This document shows positions 60,459 through 64,000 of a stretch of DNA of 64,000 nt, piece after piece. Within the stretch, counting starts at the first letter, position 1. Every line of letters starts with the position of its first letter. Made by a program: the position numbers and the translations under genes. The DNA comes from Bacillota bacterium. Its GTDB lineage: Bacteria; Bacillota; DTU025. Location of the stretch: the NCBI GenBank assembly GCA_050951805.1, contig JBMNJT010000002.1:256001-320000 (forward strand). Direction: 5' to 3'. The notes below the pieces were generated by a model, which did no database searches, had not been told where the DNA came from, and saw only the letters and a list, made by a program, of their open reading frames with translations.

Positions 60459-61766
60459 ATGAACACAGACATGGACAACGTAGATAACGAGCAGAATTGT
60501 GGATCGGATTGGCCTGTCCGGTGCGGGACCGGGTGCAATCATGATGTGCGGGTGGCTGTGCTGCCCTGTAAGGAAGATGTGGAAGCGGAGCTTCTTAAGA
60601 TGGGTGCAAGCCCGGCCGGCATCGAGATCATGGCCGAAAAAGGCGTTTTTCGGACGGTGATATTGCGTAACGTGCCGATCAAGGCTGCTCTGATAATCAA
60701 GCAAGAAATGTTGGCTAAGGGCGGCGAAGCTGCACTCCCGCATTCCGCCATAGGTTTGTGTGCCGACTCATGCGATATTCTTTTGATGGGCACATTGAGG
60801 CAGTATGAGCGCGTTATTCATACCCTAGCTCTGCAGCCGTTTGGGCTTTTAGGCATTGCACGGGAGATCCAGTGCGCGTTGGCGAGCTATGATGGGAGGC
60901 CAGAATCTATCTGCATCGGAGGAAGGACATTCCTTTACGGAGAAAGAACATACATAATGGGCATCCTTAACGTCACTCCCGACTCTTTCTCTGATGGCGG
61001 AGCGTACACTACAGCCGATTCCGCATTCGAACATGCTATGGAGATGCTTGAGGCCGGCGCCGACATAATCGACATCGGCGGAGAGTCGACCAAGCCGGGC
61101 GTAGATCCCCTGCCCCTGGACGAGGAACTTGAAAGGGTGCTTCCTATCGTAAAGAGGCTTGCATCCCAAACAGATGCAGTTATTTCGATTGATACATACA
61201 AGGCCGAAGTGGCAGAGCGCTGCCTAGACCTCGGCGCGCACATCATCAACGACGTGTCCGCTCTCCGAGGAGAGGGTGACATGGCGTCGGTAGTCTCGCG
61301 TTATAATGCCCCTGTAGTGCTGATGCACTCAAAGGGGCGTCCCACACATATGCAGGCAGATCCCACGTATGAGTGCGTGGTCCGCGAAGTATACAGTTTC
61401 CTTGCCGAGCGGATGGAGTACGCGTGTGAACGTGGCGTTTCGCCCTGTAACATAATTCTAGATCCCGGAATAGGCTTTGGTAAGACCCCGCAGCATAATC
61501 TCGAGTTAATGCGACGTCTGGCGGAATTTAAGAGTCTGGGCAGACCCATTTTGGTGGGCACATCCAGAAAGTCCACCATAGGAAAGGTGTTGCACAAGCC
61601 TGTGTCAGATAGGGTTTGGGGCACGGCTGCCACAGTCGCCACGGCCATTATGTCCGGAGCGGATATTGTGAGAGTCCATGATGTGAGGGAGATGGCTATG
61701 GTTGCGCAGATGACTGACGCAATATGCAGGGGATGGCGCGGAGAGGAGGACGGCCATGAGAGCTGA
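60459..61766 (+). CDS. folP: Dihydropteroate synthase with an N-terminal extension domain
   Basis: MGILNVTPDSFSDGG, DIGGEST, ISIDTYK, INDVS, ILDPGIGFGK, GTSRKS, IVRVHDV. Confidence 0.96.
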   Translation: MNTDMDNVDNEQNCGSDWPVRCGTGCNHDVRVAVLPCKEDVEAELLKMGASPAGIEIMAEKGVFRTVILRNVPIKAALIIKQEMLAKGGEAALPHSAIGLCADSCDILLMGTLRQYERVIHTLALQPFGLLGIAREIQCALASYDGRPESICIGGRTFLYGERTYIMGILNVTPDSFSDGGAYTTADSAFEHAMEMLEAGADIIDIGGESTKPGVDPLPLDEELERVLPIVKRLASQTDAVISIDTYKAEVAERCLDLGAHIINDVSALRGEGDMASVVSRYNAPVVLMHSKGRPTHMQADPTYECVVREVYSFLAERMEYACERGVSPCNIILDPGIGFGKTPQHNLELMRRLAEFKSLGRPILVGTSRKSTIGKVLHKPVSDRVWGTAATVATAIMSGADIVRVHDVREMAMVAQMTDAICRGWRGEEDGHES

Positions 61767-62172
61767 TAGGATTACCCTGAAGAACCTGGTGTTCTATGCT
61801 TACCATGGTGTTTTCGCGGCAGAGAAGGAGCTGGGACAGAAATTCGAGGTAGACGTGGATATGAGAGGGGATTTCCAGGCAGCTGCTCGTGTTGACGACA
61901 TTGACATGGCTGTGAACTATGCGGACGTGTACGCTACAGTGAAAGACCTCGTGGAGGAACGGGATTTCGACCTCATCGAGGCGCTTGCCCTGAACATCGC
62001 AGATGAGGTGTTGTCAGGCTATGAGGTTGAAGAGGTAACAGTAAGAGTACGCAAGCCGAGTGCCCCGATAGGCGGCCCAGCCGACTATGTGGAGTGTGAA
62101 ATCACCAGATCTAGGTCAGACATGGCGCCGCTCGGAGAGGAAGATGATGGCCTGGATGATCCCGCACTTTAG
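61756..62172 (+). CDS. folB: Dihydroneopterin aldolase
   Basis: FYAYHGVFAAEKELGQKFEVD, VNYA, LIEALA, VRKP. Confidence 0.95.
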   Translation: MRADRITLKNLVFYAYHGVFAAEKELGQKFEVDVDMRGDFQAAARVDDIDMAVNYADVYATVKDLVEERDFDLIEALALNIADEVLSGYEVEEVTVRVRKPSAPIGGPADYVECEITRSRSDMAPLGEEDDGLDDPAL

Positions 62173-62950
62173 GATCGAGCGGCTCGATGAGGTTGATTCC
62201 ACAAACTCGTATGCAAGGGCACTGGCTGAAGCCGGAGCGCCCGACGGAACAGTCGTGGTTGCCGAAAGGCAGACGGCCGGCAGGGGAAGGCTGGGAAGAG
62301 AGTGGCATTCATCGGGCGACTTCGGCCTGTGGTTTTCTTTGCTTCTGAGGCCCGAATTTGAACCCCAATTTGCGGGAATGCTTGGAATCGCCGCAGGAGT
62401 GGCTGTTGTGCAGAGCATGCGCTCGCTGGTAGGCGCTAGAGCCGTCTTGAAATGGCCGAATGACGTCCTCATAGACGGCCGCAAAGTATGCGGAATACTC
62501 TCCGAAGGTCGCACGGTTGGGCAGAAGCTCGAGTGGGCATTGATTGGAGTTGGGATCAATGTTACTGCTCCGGAGGGCGGGTTTCCATCCGAGCTAGAGG
62601 ATGTTGCTACTTCATTGGCCCAGCATTGCGCCGCTGATATCGGTGCTCCAGCACCGGACAAGGAAGCGCTTCTCGACTCTGTCCTCAGCCAGTTCGGGGC
62701 GAGGTATGCCATGTTAAGCAGCGGAAACGTTCGTGCAGTCCGCGATGAAGCGGAAGAGCTAATGAGATCTTTTTTGAACCGCAGGGTCACCATAAGGGGT
62801 CAGTCCGGCACCATGGAAGTCAGAACGTTGGATCTTTCTGAGGATGGCGCGCTCCTGGTTGAACTGGACGGGGGAGAAGTTGCGAAGATAACGGCGGCGG
62901 ATGTGTCGATCGGAACCCGCGCCTGTGCCCGAGGTGAACTCGATGCATAA
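62147..62950 (+). CDS. birA: Biotin--protein ligase without an N-terminal HTH
   Basis: VDSTN, QTAGRGRLGREW, KWPNDV, KVCGIL, IGVGIN. Confidence 0.92.
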   Translation: MAWMIPHFRIERLDEVDSTNSYARALAEAGAPDGTVVVAERQTAGRGRLGREWHSSGDFGLWFSLLLRPEFEPQFAGMLGIAAGVAVVQSMRSLVGARAVLKWPNDVLIDGRKVCGILSEGRTVGQKLEWALIGVGINVTAPEGGFPSELEDVATSLAQHCAADIGAPAPDKEALLDSVLSQFGARYAMLSSGNVRAVRDEAEELMRSFLNRRVTIRGQSGTMEVRTLDLSEDGALLVELDGGEVAKITAADVSIGTRACARGELDA

Positions 62951-63566
62951 TGCGATTGCCTTGGCTATTGCAGCCCTCATGGTAGGCATGTCCTGCAATT
63001 CACCTGCGACGGCAGGCATTTCCGGCCAAGAGGGTATCCAGGTGGTGTCCCCCGTGTCTGTTTCGGCAGGCGGAGCGGGCACATCTGCGCTGGACTGGAC
63101 TGCGCTCTTGAGGGCCGTCACTTTGCTGGGCGGGCCAGAGGGGACGTTGGTCCTCAGCGCTGCTCTTCTCACCGCTGATCCGCCTACTGGCGAGATGGTG
63201 ATCGACGCTTCGGTATCCACCGCCTTGGTTGTGGAGGTGCTCAAAGTAGGGTTTGGGCGCGCAAGGCCATATGTTCCGGGAGAGAACGGACGTTTCACCG
63301 GGCCCAACTTGTCAGGAAAATACCATTCAATGCCTTCTGGCCATAGCGCCAACGCATTTGCAATTGCGACGGTACTCGCCCATAGATACCCGGAGCAAGC
63401 GGCGCTTGCGTATGGCCTTGCATTGGCAGTGGGACTCAGCAGAATTCAGCTCGGGGTCCATTGGCCATCAGACGTGGTGGCAGGAGCGGCGATAGGGCTA
63501 GTCATGGGAAACCAGGTTGTTGAGGGACGTTTGCACCTGCTCGAGCTGGACGGAGCAACGGATTGA
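62943..63566 (+). CDS. PAP2-family phosphatase
   Basis: K....RARP, SMPSGH, SRIQLGVHWPSDV. Confidence 0.9.
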   Translation: MHNAIALAIAALMVGMSCNSPATAGISGQEGIQVVSPVSVSAGGAGTSALDWTALLRAVTLLGGPEGTLVLSAALLTADPPTGEMVIDASVSTALVVEVLKVGFGRARPYVPGENGRFTGPNLSGKYHSMPSGHSANAFAIATVLAHRYPEQAALAYGLALAVGLSRIQLGVHWPSDVVAGAAIGLVMGNQVVEGRLHLLELDGATD

Positions 63567-63638
63567 CGGGCATACGAATGGGGCAGGTGTGCGCCGTCGC
63601 ATCCTGTAGGATGACCTCGAGCGATGGGACGAGATAGG

Positions 63639-63676
63639 GACAGCCGGGCCGCTTCGCAAAGCGCCCGGCTGTCTTC
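63639..63676. terminator. Stem-loop between convergent genes
   Basis: GACAGCCGGGC...GCCCGGCTGTC inverted repeat. Confidence 0.65.
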
Positions 63677-63867
63677 GTCATTTCCTGCCTGTTTTTAGTT
63701 GCCCTGCCCCTCTGCATTGAGCCGGCTTCATCCCTGCTCTTTCGTTTGGACGTCGCTCTTGCATTGATTTTCGGACACTGGCTATCGCTTTTGCCATCAT
63801 CCCGAGCCCGTTACTCTCGCAGAATTATTCATCTGGTGCTCCCAATCGGTTAGTGGTGATAGCAGAT

Positions 63868-64000
63868 CTACTCGTCCGCGTTCTCTGGCATACAACCGAG
63901 ACATGGTCCCTTAGGCGGCATTGGGGGCGGCTCAGGGAATTCCGGCACCGGTGGAATTGGTCCCGGACCCGGTGTCGACGGGACATGTGGTTGTGGAGGA
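63868..64000 (-). CDS. 3' end of a gene entering from the right edge, Pro-rich C-terminus
   Basis: Minus strand reads PPQPHVPSTPGPGPIPPVPEFPEPPPMPPKGPCLGCMPENADE-stop. Confidence 0.55.
   Translation of the reverse strand, partial: PPQPHVPSTPGPGPIPPVPEFPEPPPMPPKGPCLGCMPENADE

Overview
Chromosomal window from a GC-rich, probably anaerobic, spore-forming Bacillota-type bacterium (spoIIE-tilS-ftsH, SigA/SigH/ECF-like promoters). It is mostly amino-acid and one-carbon metabolism (sdaAB/sdaAA, folD, gcvT-H-PA-PB with lpdA, hutH/U/I with split formiminotransferase and cyclodeaminase, folP/folB) plus housekeeping genes (cca, murD, glycerate kinase, biotin ligase), an FMN riboswitch with an ECF S-component, tRNA-Gly(CCC) and tRNA-Thr(CGT), an ECF sigma/anti-sigma/HtrA operon, an MNT-HEPN pair and a Fur-family/CbiMQO-type metal uptake operon. 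The most notable block lies between the two tRNAs: a pgsB-pgsC-pgsW poly-gamma-glutamate-type operon, divergent from a secreted C69 peptidase, DUF6305 protein, DctM-like permease, small membrane protein and M14 deacylase operon. Between them is a mirror-symmetric array of six 15-bp palindromes spaced 32-22-144-22-32 bp. A second mirrored palindrome array (CTACGA-N5-TCGTAG, four copies) sits in a gene-poor 1.8-kb scar at 31.1-32.9 kb. I saw no CRISPR array, rRNA, integrase or transposase. All product calls come from motif recognition by eye, not database searches.
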